A stretch of 64,000 bases of DNA, taken from assembly GCA_900755685.1 (NCBI GenBank), contig CAAEHI010000052.1, positions 39,150 to 103,149 on the forward strand, written 5' to 3'. Position numbers and translations under genes: made by a program. Origin of the DNA: an uncultured Collinsella sp. (GTDB lineage Bacteria; Actinomycetota; Coriobacteriia; Coriobacteriales; Coriobacteriaceae). This document shows, piece after piece, positions 17,582 through 27,586 of this stretch (the first letter of the stretch is position 1; each line of letters opens with the position of its first letter). The notes under the pieces are model-generated. The model was not told where the DNA came from. It did not search any database and saw nothing but the letters and a program-made list of their open reading frames with translations.

Positions 17582-18379
17582 ATGGGTCTTGAGGGAATCA
17601 AACTGATTGCATGCGATTTGGACGGCACGTTGCTGCATCCGGGGGAGCGCGAGCTGCGTTCCGAGGCCTTTGAGCTTATCGATGAGCTGCATCGTCGTGG
17701 TATCGTGTTTATGCCGGCGAGTGGCCGTCAATATGCGAGCTTGCGCTACCTGTTTGCCCCGGTGGCCGATGAGCTCGCCTATGTATGCGAAAACGGAACC
17801 CTGGTGATGAGCGAGGGGCGTGCCGTCGTCAAGCGTTCCATGGAGCGTAGCCTTGCTATGGTTATCGCGAATACCGTGGTTGCGTATCCCCATACCGACA
17901 TGACCCTTTCGTGTGAGGGGCACATCTACACCATGAGCGGCAACGATGCGTTCGTCGACCATTTGCGCTATGTGGTCCACTGCGATGTGGCGGTGGTCGA
18001 CCGTCCCGAGGACATCGACGAGGATGTCATTAAGATTGGCTTCCAGACGCCCGAGGTGGATTATCCGGCGGCCCGGGAGTATTTCGAGCGCCTCTTTGGC
18101 GACCGTGTCGATGTGATGACGTCAGGAACCGCATGGACGGACCTTATCGGTTTCGGTTCGGGCAAGGGCTCCGCGCTTGTCGATTACGGTCGTGTCCTGG
18201 GGATTTCGCCCGATGAGATGATGGCATTTGGCGACAATGAGAACGATCGCGACATGCTCAACGTCGTGGGCCATCCCTATCTGATGGAGAGCTGCAACCC
18301 CACCATGCGCGGTATCAACGATCGCGTCCGTTACGTGCACACGGTCGAAGAAGAACTGCGCCGCCTGCTCGCCGAGTAG
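17582..18379 (+). CDS. Cof-type HAD-IIB hydrolase
   Basis: MGLEGIKLIACDLDGTLL… The DxD motif is at the N-terminus. RBS ggggga. Confidence 0.75.
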   Translation: MGLEGIKLIACDLDGTLLHPGERELRSEAFELIDELHRRGIVFMPASGRQYASLRYLFAPVADELAYVCENGTLVMSEGRAVVKRSMERSLAMVIANTVVAYPHTDMTLSCEGHIYTMSGNDAFVDHLRYVVHCDVAVVDRPEDIDEDVIKIGFQTPEVDYPAAREYFERLFGDRVDVMTSGTAWTDLIGFGSGKGSALVDYGRVLGISPDEMMAFGDNENDRDMLNVVGHPYLMESCNPTMRGINDRVRYVHTVEEELRRLLAE

Positions 18380-18382
18380 GTT

Positions 18383-18452
18383 TTCGGGACATGCCTAGAA
18401 ATGTACTGTTTGCTGCAAAGCGCGGAAAGGTGGATTTTAAGGCATGTCCCGA
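18383..18452. terminator. Bidirectional terminator hairpin between the convergent HAD hydrolase and fur genes
   Basis: ttcgggacatgcct…aggcatgtcccgaa 14-bp arms. Confidence 0.5.
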
Positions 18453-18456
18453 ACAT

Positions 18457-18837
18457 CTACCGGCAGTCGGGGCAGAGACCCTCGAAGATGGTGTAGTGCG
18501 ACGTGACGTGCCAGCCGATTTGCTCGGACGCCTTGGCGTCGAGCTGGGCATCGAAGGGGAGCGGTACGTCGATGACGCGGCTGCACGAGGTGCAGATGAT
18601 ATGCGCATGCGGCTCGATCGTGCGATCGAAGCGGCTACCGCCCGGCGTCTTGATGGAGAGGATTTCGCCTGCGTCGGCCAAGAGATTGAGATTGCGGTAG
18701 ACCGTACCGCGGCTGATTTTGTCATCCTGCGCGCGCACGACGTTGTAGATTTCGTCGGCGGTGGGATGGTTATAGCTTTGGCGCACGGCGTCAAGAACCA
18801 GCTTTCGCTGCCTGGTATTCCTTCTTTGCACCGCCAT
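18457..18837 (-). CDS. Fur-family metalloregulator (Fur/Zur/PerR)
   Basis: 126 aa. HTH at the N-terminus, then HxH…CxxC…CxxC metal sites (PHAHIICTSCSRVIDV…FEGLCPDC). Confidence 0.85.
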   Translation of the reverse strand: MAVQRRNTRQRKLVLDAVRQSYNHPTADEIYNVVRAQDDKISRGTVYRNLNLLADAGEILSIKTPGGSRFDRTIEPHAHIICTSCSRVIDVPLPFDAQLDAKASEQIGWHVTSHYTIFEGLCPDCR

Positions 18838-18898
18838 GCGCCTCGCCTCTTTTCTATTAACGGTCGTAGGTAAATGATACCGTATTTAGCACACAATA

Positions 18899-19309
18899 CT
18901 AATAATGAGGACTGAAACCGTCTTCATTGGCAAGTGGGGCTCGGGCCTGGGCGTCTACGAGGCGAAAACGCGTTCCCATGCGCTCGTAGGAGGCATGAAG
19001 CGCCTCGAGATGAGATAGGATGTTTGCCGGAGCTCCCTGTATCTCCATCTCGACTGAGCCGTCTTCCATGTTACGCACCCAGCCGGTGAGGGAGCGTGCC
19101 TGCGCGAGGTTGGTGTTGGTAAAGCGAAAACCAACGCCTTGGACTTGCCCCGTCCAGTGCAGGAAATAGCGCAGGGGAGTGTTTTGAGTGGCCTCGTCGC
19201 TTGCGAGTACGGTAAGCCTGCGGCGCAGCTCGAGCTCGACGTTCGATGGTTTTTGAGGCTCTCGACTGCCGCCGGTGACGCTGGAGAAGAACGTATCGAA
19301 GAGGCCCAT
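18899..19309 (-). CDS. Acylphosphatase-domain protein with ~45-aa N-terminal extension
   Basis: VQGVGFRFTNTNLAQARSLTGWVRNMEDGSVEMEIQG is the acylphosphatase signature. The ATG at 19309 is 3 nt downstream of the upstream oxidoreductase stop. Confidence 0.65.
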   Translation of the reverse strand: MGLFDTFFSSVTGGSREPQKPSNVELELRRRLTVLASDEATQNTPLRYFLHWTGQVQGVGFRFTNTNLAQARSLTGWVRNMEDGSVEMEIQGAPANILSHLEALHASYERMGTRFRLVDAQARAPLANEDGFSPHY

Positions 19310-19311
19310 CG

Positions 19312-20418
19312 CTATGCCTGCTTGTCTGCGTCGGCCGGGAAGGTAATGCCGGCCTGCTGGCGCACGGCATCCATGATGCGCAGTGAGACGAGCGTGACAT
19401 CGCGGTAGTGGCCAAGCTCGTGGCGTCCTGCCGGGGTCTCCCAAATCTCTTCCTTAACGTTATCGATGCCGCCGATGGCGGTGATAAAGTCTGTGAGTTC
19501 GTATTCCATAGTGTTGCTCGATTTGGGCAGGTCGAGCACGCGGCCGTTCTCGTCCTGTTCGCGCGGTGCCTCGGTCGCCGAGCCGCGTACGACGTCGCCG
19601 CGATAGTCGATGCGGACGTTGCGGGGCGTGGACAGATGGTCGATCTGGATAGTGCCACGCTCGCCTTCTATCTGCGAGGGCAGCAGGTCATTCGTAATTT
19701 TGGAGTGCGCGAGCTCGACGGAGATGCGGCCACCGCCGTAGCTGGCGAGGATGGAACCGCAGCCGTCGATGGGGCCGTGCGTGAGCTGTCGCGTGGTGGG
19801 GTCGAGCAGAGTAGTCATGCTCGTAAGGCCGGAGGGCATGCCGAAAATCTCGACCATGGGCTCGACGGTGTAGACGCCAATGTCCATGAGGGAACCCGAT
19901 GCCATATTGCAGTCGAAGATATTGGTGGCGCGTCCCGCGAGAATCTCGTTGTAGCGCGAGGAATACTTGCCAAAGCGCAATGAGGCGCGGCGGATGGGGG
20001 CGATCTCGCCCAGGGCGTCCTCGATGGCGTGGAAGGCGGGATCGTGGAGGGGACGCATGGCCTCGAGGGCCACGACACCTGCTGCCTCGGCAGCGCGGAA
20101 GACTTCCAGCGCCTGTGCTTCGGTGGCGCAGAAGGGTTTCTCGACGATGACGTGCTTGCCACCGGCGATGCAGGCGAGCGCCTGCTCGTAGTGGAGCGCA
20201 TTGGGGCTGCCGATGTAGACAGCGTCGACGTCGGCAGCGGACGCAAGCTCGTCAAGCGCGGTGAAGTAACGCTCGCCGCCGTGCTTAGTGGTGAAGGCGG
20301 CGCCGCGATCTGCATCGCGCGAGAGCGTGCCCACAAACGCGGCTTGGTCGTTGGCGTTGACGACCTGGATAAAGTCGTCGGTAATCATGGATGTGCCGAT
20401 GGTCGCTATACGCAGCAT
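19312..20418 (-). CDS. Gfo/Idh/MocA-family NAD(P)-dependent oxidoreductase
   Basis: MLRIATIGTSMITDDF… is a Rossmann N-terminus, followed by the GFO_IDH_MocA C-domain. RBS gaggggg. Confidence 0.8.
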   Translation of the reverse strand: MLRIATIGTSMITDDFIQVVNANDQAAFVGTLSRDADRGAAFTTKHGGERYFTALDELASAADVDAVYIGSPNALHYEQALACIAGGKHVIVEKPFCATEAQALEVFRAAEAAGVVALEAMRPLHDPAFHAIEDALGEIAPIRRASLRFGKYSSRYNEILAGRATNIFDCNMASGSLMDIGVYTVEPMVEIFGMPSGLTSMTTLLDPTTRQLTHGPIDGCGSILASYGGGRISVELAHSKITNDLLPSQIEGERGTIQIDHLSTPRNVRIDYRGDVVRGSATEAPREQDENGRVLDLPKSSNTMEYELTDFITAIGGIDNVKEEIWETPAGRHELGHYRDVTLVSLRIMDAVRQQAGITFPADADKQA

Positions 20419-20493
20419 ATATCCCCCTCGTGCCGTTCGGTTTACAGGATGAGTGTAGCGCGAGGGGGCAGGAAATAGCGTGCGAAAACGCCG

Positions 20494-20979
20494 TTACAGG
20501 TCGCTCTCGTTAAAGCCGGTGTCGATATCGAGGTTGCTGCCGTCGGCCGCCGTGGTGGCAAGCTCGTCGCAGCGCTCATTGAGCTCATGGCCGGCGTGGC
20601 CCTTAACCCAGATGAACTCCACCTTGTGCTTGCTCTTTGCGGTGAGTAAGCGCTCCCACAGATCGCGGTTCTTAACGGGCTGCTTGTTGGCGGTCTTCCA
20701 GCCGCGTTTTTTCCAGCCGTCGATCCAGTGCTTGTTGAAGGCGTTAACAACGTACTGCGAATCGGAATGGACTTCGACATCGCAGGGGCGGTTGAGCGCC
20801 TCGAGCGCCACGATGACGGCCATGAGTTCCATGCGGTTGTTGGTGGTCTTAGCGTAGCCGCGCGAAAGCTCGGAGGTGAAGGTCTTGCCGGCGGGGTTGG
20901 TGTATGTGAGCACGGCACCGTAGCCACCGCGTCCCGGATTTGATCGGGCCGAGCCGTCGGTATAGATGATGACCTTCAC
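20494..20979 (-). CDS. rnhA: Ribonuclease HI
   Basis: [24 protein letters not shown]…[12 protein letters not shown]…DSQYVVNAF… Probable GTG start with RBS aaagga. The ORF tool started 17 codons earlier. Confidence 0.8.
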   Translation of the reverse strand: MKVIIYTDGSARSNPGRGGYGAVLTYTNPAGKTFTSELSRGYAKTTNNRMELMAVIVALEALNRPCDVEVHSDSQYVVNAFNKHWIDGWKKRGWKTANKQPVKNRDLWERLLTAKSKHKVEFIWVKGHAGHELNERCDELATTAADGSNLDIDTGFNESDL

Positions 20980-21042
20980 ATGGTTCCTTTCGTTGGGTAC
21001 GTTTCGTGTGAGTGACCATTGTAGCGCCATGCCCGCCGGGGG

Positions 21043-21981
21043 CTAGCAATCTACGATTTCTACCCCGTCTTCTGACAGTTGGTCGGCATGGATGATGCGG
21101 TTGAGCTCGTCGAGGTATTGCTGCAAGAGGGGAGAGGGCTTGCGCTCGTCGTGCATGATATAGCCTACGCGCATCGTTGGGGCGTCTGCTAACGGGATCG
21201 ATGCCATACCCCATTGCATTTCATTGGAGAGGACGCCGGTCGACAGGGTGTAACCGTTCGACGTGATAAGTAAGTTAGTAAGTGTTCCGCGGTCCGAGAT
21301 TCGTATGTTGCGGTCGCAAGGGATATAGCTAAAAGGTTCCTCGGCGTAATAGAAGGAGTTTGAGGTTCCCTGCTCAAAGCTGTAGCGCGTATAGGGCGTG
21401 AGGTCGGCAAGGGACAGCTGGGGGCGGCGTGCGAGTGGGTGGCGCTCGCTAACGAAGACGTGGACCGTCGCGTCGAATAGGGGATGGAAGCTTGCACGGG
21501 CATCGGCGAAGGCCTTCTGCAGAACGCGGGCGTTAAAGTCATCCAGATACAGAATGCCGATATCGCTGCGAAACGCACGGACGTCATCGATGATCTGCGA
21601 TGTGGTGGTCTCGCGCATGATGAACTCGAACTTGCTGTCGCGGCAGCGCTCGACCACGTTGACAAAGGCCTCGACCGAAAAGGCGTAGTGCTGGGCGGAA
21701 ATGGCGAGGCGGGCTTGCGGGGTGCCGCCGTCCTCGTAGCGCGCCTCGAGCATATCGGCCTGCTCTACGACCTGGCGCGCATAGCCCAAAAGCTCGGTGC
21801 CGTCGTTGGTGAGCGTGACGCCGCGGCTGGAGCGCGTAAAGATCTCCAGGTGGAGCTCCTGTTCCAGGCTTTTGACGGCGTTTGAGATGCTGGACTGAGC
21901 GGTATAGAGGCGCTGAGCTGCGGCATTGATTGAGCCGGACTCTGCTACGGCGATCAGGAAACGAAGCTGCTGGAGGGTCAT
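21043..21981 (-). CDS. LysR-family transcriptional regulator, divergent from metY
   Basis: N-terminal HTH MTLQQLRFLIAVAESGSINAAAQRLYTAQSSISNAVKSLEQELHLEIF plus a LysR substrate-binding domain. Confidence 0.85.
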   Translation of the reverse strand: MTLQQLRFLIAVAESGSINAAAQRLYTAQSSISNAVKSLEQELHLEIFTRSSRGVTLTNDGTELLGYARQVVEQADMLEARYEDGGTPQARLAISAQHYAFSVEAFVNVVERCRDSKFEFIMRETTTSQIIDDVRAFRSDIGILYLDDFNARVLQKAFADARASFHPLFDATVHVFVSERHPLARRPQLSLADLTPYTRYSFEQGTSNSFYYAEEPFSYIPCDRNIRISDRGTLTNLLITSNGYTLSTGVLSNEMQWGMASIPLADAPTMRVGYIMHDERKPSPLLQQYLDELNRIIHADQLSEDGVEIVDC

Positions 21982-22255
21982 CGGCGTCCGTCCTTTCGAT
22001 TGCTATCTATAAAACCGATAACAGGTTAGCGCTTTTAAGTGATTGACCGAGCGAAACAATGCTCGTACTATTCAAAACACACAAAGACGGTAGGTAATTA
22101 AACCGACCACGGAACCGGGATGCGAAAGGAGGCCCGCATATGAATTGCTTACCAAGACGAATGCCGGGCTCCTGTTTGCGCCCGTCGGCGTGATCAGGAG
22201 ACAGCGACTTACTTCTCTCTAATTTATTAACTTTTGTTCGATCAAGGAGATCATC

Positions 22256-23566
22256 ATGAGCCAGTTCATCAACAACCCCGAGCACACCTTTGGTTTCGAT
22301 ACCCTGCAGCTTCACGTTGGCCAGGAGAGCGCCGATCCCGCATCCGACTCCCGCGCCGTGCCTATCTACCAGACCACGAGCTATGTGTTCCGCAACTCCC
22401 AGCACGCCGCCGATCGCTTTGGTCTTGCCGACGCCGGTAACATCTACGGCCGTCTGACCAACTCCACCCAGGGCGTCTTCGAGGACCGTATCGCCGCACT
22501 CGAGGGCGGTGTGGCAGGTCTTGCCGTCGCCTCCGGTGCTGCTGCCATCACCTATACCCTGCAGGCTCTTGCCCAGGCCGGTGACCACGTGGTGGCTCAG
22601 AAGACCATCTACGGTGGCTCCTACAACCTGCTGGAGCATACGCTCTCCCAGTTTGGCGTCGAGACCACCTTCGTCGATGCCCACGACCTGGACGAGGTCG
22701 AGGGCGCCATCAAGGACAACACCACGGTCATCTACCTCGAGACGCTCGGCAACCCCAATTCTGACATCCCCAATATCGACGCCATCTCCGAGATCGCCAA
22801 GAAGCACGGTTTACCGGTTGTCGTCGACAACACCTTCGGCACCCCGTATCTGTTCCGTCCGCTGGAGCATGGTGCCAACATCGTCGTCCACTCCGCAACT
22901 AAGTTCATTGGCGGCCACGGCACCTCGCTGGGCGGCGTGATTGTCGATGGCGGCAACTTTGACTGGAAGGCGAGCGGCAAGTATGCGCAGATCGCCGAGC
23001 CCAACCCCTCCTACCATGGCGTCTCGTTTGCCGAGGCTGCCGGTCCCGCCGCCTTCGCGACCTATGTCCGCGCTATCTTGCTGCGTGACGAGGGCGCCTG
23101 CATCAGCCCGTTCAACGCCTGGGTCCTGCTCCAGGGCACCGAGACTCTGTCGCTGCGCGTTGACCGTCATGTCGAGAACACCAAGAAGGTCGTTGAGTTC
23201 TTGACCGGTGACGGCCATGTTGCCAAGGTGAACCACCCGAGCCTGTCTGAGCACCCCGATCACGAGCTCTATCAGAAGTACTTCCCCAACGGTGGTGCCT
23301 CGATCTTTACCTTTGAGATTAAGGGTGGCCAGGAGGCAGCTTGGAAGTTCATCGATCATCTGCAGGTCTTCTCACTGCTCGCCAACGTGGCCGACGTCAA
23401 GTCGCTCGTCGTGCACCCGGCTACCACCACGCACTCCCAGCTCTCTGCCGAGGAGCTCGCCGAGCAGAACATCACGCCCTCCACGATCCGTCTTTCCATC
23501 GGTACCGAGAACGCCGAGGATATCATTTGGGATCTTAAGCAGGCTTTCGCCGCGCTGGACGAGTAA
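22256..23566 (+). CDS. metY: O-acetylhomoserine/O-acetylserine sulfhydrylase (PLP-dependent, MetY/CysD family)
   Basis: 436 aa. PLP-lysine region HSATKFIGGHGTSLGG and the Cys/Met-metabolism PLP fold throughout. RBS aaggaga. Confidence 0.9.
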   Translation: MSQFINNPEHTFGFDTLQLHVGQESADPASDSRAVPIYQTTSYVFRNSQHAADRFGLADAGNIYGRLTNSTQGVFEDRIAALEGGVAGLAVASGAAAITYTLQALAQAGDHVVAQKTIYGGSYNLLEHTLSQFGVETTFVDAHDLDEVEGAIKDNTTVIYLETLGNPNSDIPNIDAISEIAKKHGLPVVVDNTFGTPYLFRPLEHGANIVVHSATKFIGGHGTSLGGVIVDGGNFDWKASGKYAQIAEPNPSYHGVSFAEAAGPAAFATYVRAILLRDEGACISPFNAWVLLQGTETLSLRVDRHVENTKKVVEFLTGDGHVAKVNHPSLSEHPDHELYQKYFPNGGASIFTFEIKGGQEAAWKFIDHLQVFSLLANVADVKSLVVHPATTTHSQLSAEELAEQNITPSTIRLSIGTENAEDIIWDLKQAFAALDE

Positions 23567-23626
23567 GGCGACTTGTGCAAGGACCCCTTGCGACTCGATA
23601 GGTATAACTGCATAAAATGCCTGCTC

Positions 23627-23668
23627 AAGGCGCCTGTGCGAACAATGGTTGCACAGGCGCCTTTTTTG
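23627..23668 (+). terminator. Rho-independent terminator after metY
   Basis: ggcgcctgtgc-gaacaatggtt-gcacaggcgcc followed by ttttttg. Confidence 0.65.
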
Positions 23669-23878
23669 CATAGAGAGGGCGCAAAAACAGGGTTTTTGAC
23701 ACGCTTTATGCATTCGAGTTGTGGAAAACTCCTGTTGAGAGGATGTGAGTTTTACGCAATTGACGTGCGCCTTTTGAGTAAAACCGCAGGTCGCGATTTG
23801 CTCGGGGTACTATGCAGCGCGATCGAATCACACGCAGCTCAAACGCAGCAAAAACGCACTACGGAGGTTTCCAGCTAC

Positions 23879-24652
23879 ATGAGGATCGATTCACGAAAAT
23901 CGAAAGCCGCCGCCCTTTCCGCCGCTCTGACCGTGGCACTTTTGGCGGGCGCCGGTGCAACTGATGCCCACGCCGCAACACTGTCCGATACGGTTGGATC
24001 TACGCCGTCCGAGACGACGCTGGTACAGCCCGTTGACTATCGCGGCGATGGTTATGGTTCCATGCAGGAGTGGAACGCCTCGATGGAGGCCAAGCGCGAT
24101 TCCCTGGAGATGCGCGCTCAGATTATCATGAACATGTACGGTGACTATGCCACGGATGACGAGCGCACTGTGCTGCAGGGTTGTATCGACGGCGCGGGTA
24201 GCCTGTTGACGATGGGGGAGGTCGACGCCAAGTCGACCGAGCTCGATGAACTGCGCACTGCGCTTGAGGATGCCAAGCGCGAAGCGCTCGAGGCTGCCGC
24301 CGAGGCGGAGGCTGCCGAGGTCGCCCAGGCTTCGTACTACAACGCCGGTTACACTCCGTCCTACGCGTCTGCCGCGTCCTACGCGAACGGATCGGGCCTG
24401 ACGCGCTCTGCGGGTGTCAATAACTACAACGGGCGCCGCGAGACCTATTACAGCAGCAATGTGCTTTATCACTATCGCACGGGCGAATGGACTCAGGATT
24501 CTGAGGGCTTCTGGCGCGATTCCGACGGCTATTACGTTGTTGCCGCGGGCGATATGGCCCAGGGCTCGACCTTTACGGGCTCCAAGGGTGATTGCAAGGT
24601 CTATGACTCCGGCTGCGCTGCCGGAACCACCGATTACTACACCGGTTGGTAA
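23879..24652 (+). CDS. Secreted hypothetical protein (Sec signal peptide, coiled-coil, Gly/Tyr-rich C-terminus)
   Basis: MRIDSRKSKAAALSAALTVALLAGAGATDAHA is a signal peptide. RBS ggagg. The six-frame ORF started 102 codons earlier with no support. Confidence 0.6.
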   Translation: MRIDSRKSKAAALSAALTVALLAGAGATDAHAATLSDTVGSTPSETTLVQPVDYRGDGYGSMQEWNASMEAKRDSLEMRAQIIMNMYGDYATDDERTVLQGCIDGAGSLLTMGEVDAKSTELDELRTALEDAKREALEAAAEAEAAEVAQASYYNAGYTPSYASAASYANGSGLTRSAGVNNYNGRRETYYSSNVLYHYRTGEWTQDSEGFWRDSDGYYVVAAGDMAQGSTFTGSKGDCKVYDSGCAAGTTDYYTGW

Positions 24653-24838
24653 TTTTTCTGCATCACGGATATTTGGCGGACGGGCGTCTTTACCGAGCTT
24701 TAGGGCAACGTAAGGACGTCCGTTCTATGTATGCGTTTGAGTTAACAGAGCCCTTACCGTGGCGGTACGCTGGGCGTATGGATGCGGGGCACACTGGTTC
24801 TTGAGAAATAAGGTCTTTCTCTTGGAGGAAGTGGTCTT

Positions 24839-25045
24839 GTGAATGCTCGAGATATTGCCGTTGCCGCCGTCGCGTTGATGCTTGGCTGCCTTGGTCCCAC
24901 GGCCGCGCTCGTCGCGGGCATGCAGGGGACATGCGGGGCTGCTCCTATCGTGGTCGGCGCGCTGATCGCGGCCACGCTGCTGGGAAGCGCAGGCGTGGTT
25001 CTTTGCCGCGACGATGAGGACGAGGTGCCGGGGTCGCAACGCTAA
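24839..25045 (+). CDS. Possible small two-helix membrane peptide (68 aa, GxxxG-rich)
   Basis: GTG start with ggagga 8 nt upstream. Hydrophobic GxxxG-rich sequence. No homology recognised. Confidence 0.3.
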   Translation: MNARDIAVAAVALMLGCLGPTAALVAGMQGTCGAAPIVVGALIAATLLGSAGVVLCRDDEDEVPGSQR

Positions 25046-25154
25046 CTGTTGTGAGATCGGCCGCCGGTCATAGACGAAGATGAAGGCCGCCGCAGGGGAA
25101 AGGTTCCCTTGCGGCGGTTTTGCTGTTAAGGCTGTTGAATGCGGCGCGTCGGCG

Positions 25155-26069
25155 CTACCAGCTTTTCTCGATATCGCGGATGCGCCGATAGAGCCACTCG
25201 TTTTGCGGTGCCTGGATATCGTGTTTGGCTGCGAGGCGGCAGATGGTGCCCGCGAACTCATCAACCTCGGTTTTGCGCCTTGCGATGCGGTCTTGAGCCA
25301 TCGAGGGCATACCGGCGGGGTCGATTCCCTCGATGAGGTGCACCATTTGCGTCAGGTCTGCCTCGGTCAGTTCAACGCCCTCGGCGTTGGCGACCGCAAG
25401 CGTTTCGCGCATGGCGGAAACAAAGCAGCGACGCTGCTCGGAGCCCGGCTCCGTGGCGCTTCCGTAGGTCCCGCCGTAGGCCATGCAGGTCTGGTTGATG
25501 CCGTCGTTGAGCATGAGTTTGGCCCACATGCGGTGGGCGATGTCGTCCTCGACGGTATGGGCGATGCCGCAGCGCGTATAGAGCTCGTCGATTGCGGTGA
25601 TGGTTGCGGGGTTCGTGCCGGCCGCCGCGCCAAAGCGGATTTCGCCCGCATTGGTAAAGGTGAGCGCGCCGTTGAGAAACACGGCGTCCATGCCCTGGCA
25701 GATACCAAGAACGGTATGCTCCCAGCCAAAGCGTTCGGCAATCTTTTGCTCGCTCGTAATGCCGTTGCACAGCGAGGCGATGAGCGTGTTGGGTCTCACG
25801 ACGCGCTCCATAGTCTTGAGCGCTTGGTCGAGACCGGTGGTCTTGACTGTCAGGATGACCAGATCGGCGGGCGTCGCCTCGCTGGCACGGACGGACGTGA
25901 GATCGCAGGGCTTGCCGTTGACGGTGAGCGCGTCGTTCGCGTGACGCTCAAAACGGGTGTCATCCATAACGTATTCGACGGCGTCATTGCCGAGGGCCTT
26001 GGCAATCATGCTGCCGTAGAGCAGGCCGACGCCGCCCTTGCCGATAAAGGCGACCTTGTTGATCTGCAT
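25155..26069 (-). CDS. panE: 2-dehydropantoate 2-reductase (ketopantoate reductase)
   Basis: MQINKVAFIGKGGVGLLYGSMIA… is the ApbA/PanE N-terminal Rossmann, followed by the PanE C-domain. RBS ggggag 9 nt before this ATG. Confidence 0.8.
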   Translation of the reverse strand: MQINKVAFIGKGGVGLLYGSMIAKALGNDAVEYVMDDTRFERHANDALTVNGKPCDLTSVRASEATPADLVILTVKTTGLDQALKTMERVVRPNTLIASLCNGITSEQKIAERFGWEHTVLGICQGMDAVFLNGALTFTNAGEIRFGAAAGTNPATITAIDELYTRCGIAHTVEDDIAHRMWAKLMLNDGINQTCMAYGGTYGSATEPGSEQRRCFVSAMRETLAVANAEGVELTEADLTQMVHLIEGIDPAGMPSMAQDRIARRKTEVDEFAGTICRLAAKHDIQAPQNEWLYRRIRDIEKSW

Positions 26070-26377
26070 GTGAATCATCTCCCCATGTAAAAGGCGCCCG
26101 CGTAAGGGGCGCCTGATGGATTGTATGCTGCCAGGGTGATTGGTGGGTGCGCGGGGCGGCTGTTATGAAAAAGAAACTATTGCGCTGTGCGCTTATGCCG
26201 CGGGGCAGACCGCAAAGACATGCGCGTGGTGATGCCCGGCTCCTTTCATTGGGCTTTTTGCTGATGTTAAAGCGGTGCCGTGACGGCTCGATTTCTGCTG
26301 CGTTACGATACGTTCTCGATTGCGATTCCACGATGTTTCGGCTGCGTGACCATTGTGTTTCGCTTGCCGGGGCGCTG

Positions 26378-27586
26378 ATGGCGAAGGGAGGGGTCGTGCA
26401 ATACCGTGTTGACCCCAAAAGTGGTAACCGAATATCCGCTCTGGGTCTGGGCTGCATGAGGTTTCCCGGTGCGCCGGGACACCCCGATGCGAAGACGGCC
26501 GATGCCATCATCTCCCGTGCGGTGGAGCAGGGGATTAATTATCTGGACACGGCCTATCTCTATCCCGGCAACGAGGCTTGCGTGGGCGCTTCGCTTGAAC
26601 GCCTGGGCTTGCGCGACCAGGTTTTGCTCGCAACCAAGCTGCCGCATGCTTCGTGCAAATGCGCGGAGGGTTTCGATCGGTTTTTCGACGAGCAGCTGCG
26701 CCGCCTGCAGACCGACCATATCGACTATTACCTTATGCACAACATCACCTCGCCTGCGCAGTGGGAGCGCGTGGTGGCGCTGGGCATCGAGGACTGGATC
26801 GCGCAGCAAAAGGCTGCAGGGCGTATTCGTCAGATAGGCTTTTCGTACCACGGCAGCGCGGCGGACTTCCTTACGATGCTCGATGCGTATGAGTGGGACT
26901 TTTGCCAGATCCAGTACAACTACGCTGGAGAACGATATCAGGCGGGAACGGCGGGGCTCATGGCCGCCGCCGAGCGAGGTCTCGCGGTGTTTGTGATGGA
27001 GCCGCTTTTGGGCGGACGCTTGGCAGGCAAATTGCCTCCGCGGGCGCGCGCTGTTCTCGATGGTGCATGCGATCGGCATTTGCATACGCCTGCCGCTTGG
27101 GGGCTCTCGTGGGTGTGGAATCATCCCCAGGTGACCATGTTGCTTTCGGGTATGACCGATACCGCGCAGGTGGACGAGAATTCGTCACTGGCAGACCTCG
27201 CGTTGCCGAATTCGATGACGGCCAACCAGCTCGACACGATCGCGCACGTGCTGGATGAGTTTGAAAAATCGAATCGCGTGCCCTGCACGGGATGCGGCTA
27301 TTGCATGCCGTGCCCTAAAGGCATCAATATCCCTGGATGTTTTGCCGCCTACAACGCAAGCTATGCGCACAGCTGGTTTACGGGGCTGTCTCAATACTTT
27401 ACGGCGAGCGCGGTGCGCACAAGCGAGCCCAAGTTGGTGAGCAATTGCGTCAAATGCGGCAAATGCGCGCGGCACTGCCCGCAGCACATCGATATTCCCG
27501 AGTGTCTCGACGATGTGCGCCGACGTTTCCAGCCTGGTCCCGTGACGGCGGTGCTTAAGGCCTTCGGCAAAACGCGCTCCTCATGA
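26378..27586 (+). CDS. Aldo/keto reductase fused to a C-terminal 2x[4Fe-4S] ferredoxin-like domain
   Basis: AKR N-terminus from MAKGGVVQYRVDPKSGNRISALGLGCMRF. C-terminal CTGCGYCMPCP and CVKCGKCARHCP motifs. The start is uncertain: the ORF tool began 77 codons upstream. Confidence 0.7.
   Translation: MAKGGVVQYRVDPKSGNRISALGLGCMRFPGAPGHPDAKTADAIISRAVEQGINYLDTAYLYPGNEACVGASLERLGLRDQVLLATKLPHASCKCAEGFDRFFDEQLRRLQTDHIDYYLMHNITSPAQWERVVALGIEDWIAQQKAAGRIRQIGFSYHGSAADFLTMLDAYEWDFCQIQYNYAGERYQAGTAGLMAAAERGLAVFVMEPLLGGRLAGKLPPRARAVLDGACDRHLHTPAAWGLSWVWNHPQVTMLLSGMTDTAQVDENSSLADLALPNSMTANQLDTIAHVLDEFEKSNRVPCTGCGYCMPCPKGINIPGCFAAYNASYAHSWFTGLSQYFTASAVRTSEPKLVSNCVKCGKCARHCPQHIDIPECLDDVRRRFQPGPVTAVLKAFGKTRSS

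Noticed and set aside
18838-18898. Possible Fur/Zur/PerR box upstream of the fur-family gene (taaatgataccgtatttagcacacaatactaataatgagg).
   Set aside because: It contains AT-rich partial repeats (taatga / aatact / taataatga) but no clear 7-1-7 or 9-1-9 palindrome matching any Fur-family consensus, which is too weak to call.
21982-22255. Possible SAM (S-box) riboswitch in the 270-bp leader of metY.
   Set aside because: No recognisable SAM-I or SAM-IV conserved cores or pairing elements could be found by eye. Regulation is more plausibly via the divergent LysR-type regulator. An Rfam scan would still be worthwhile.
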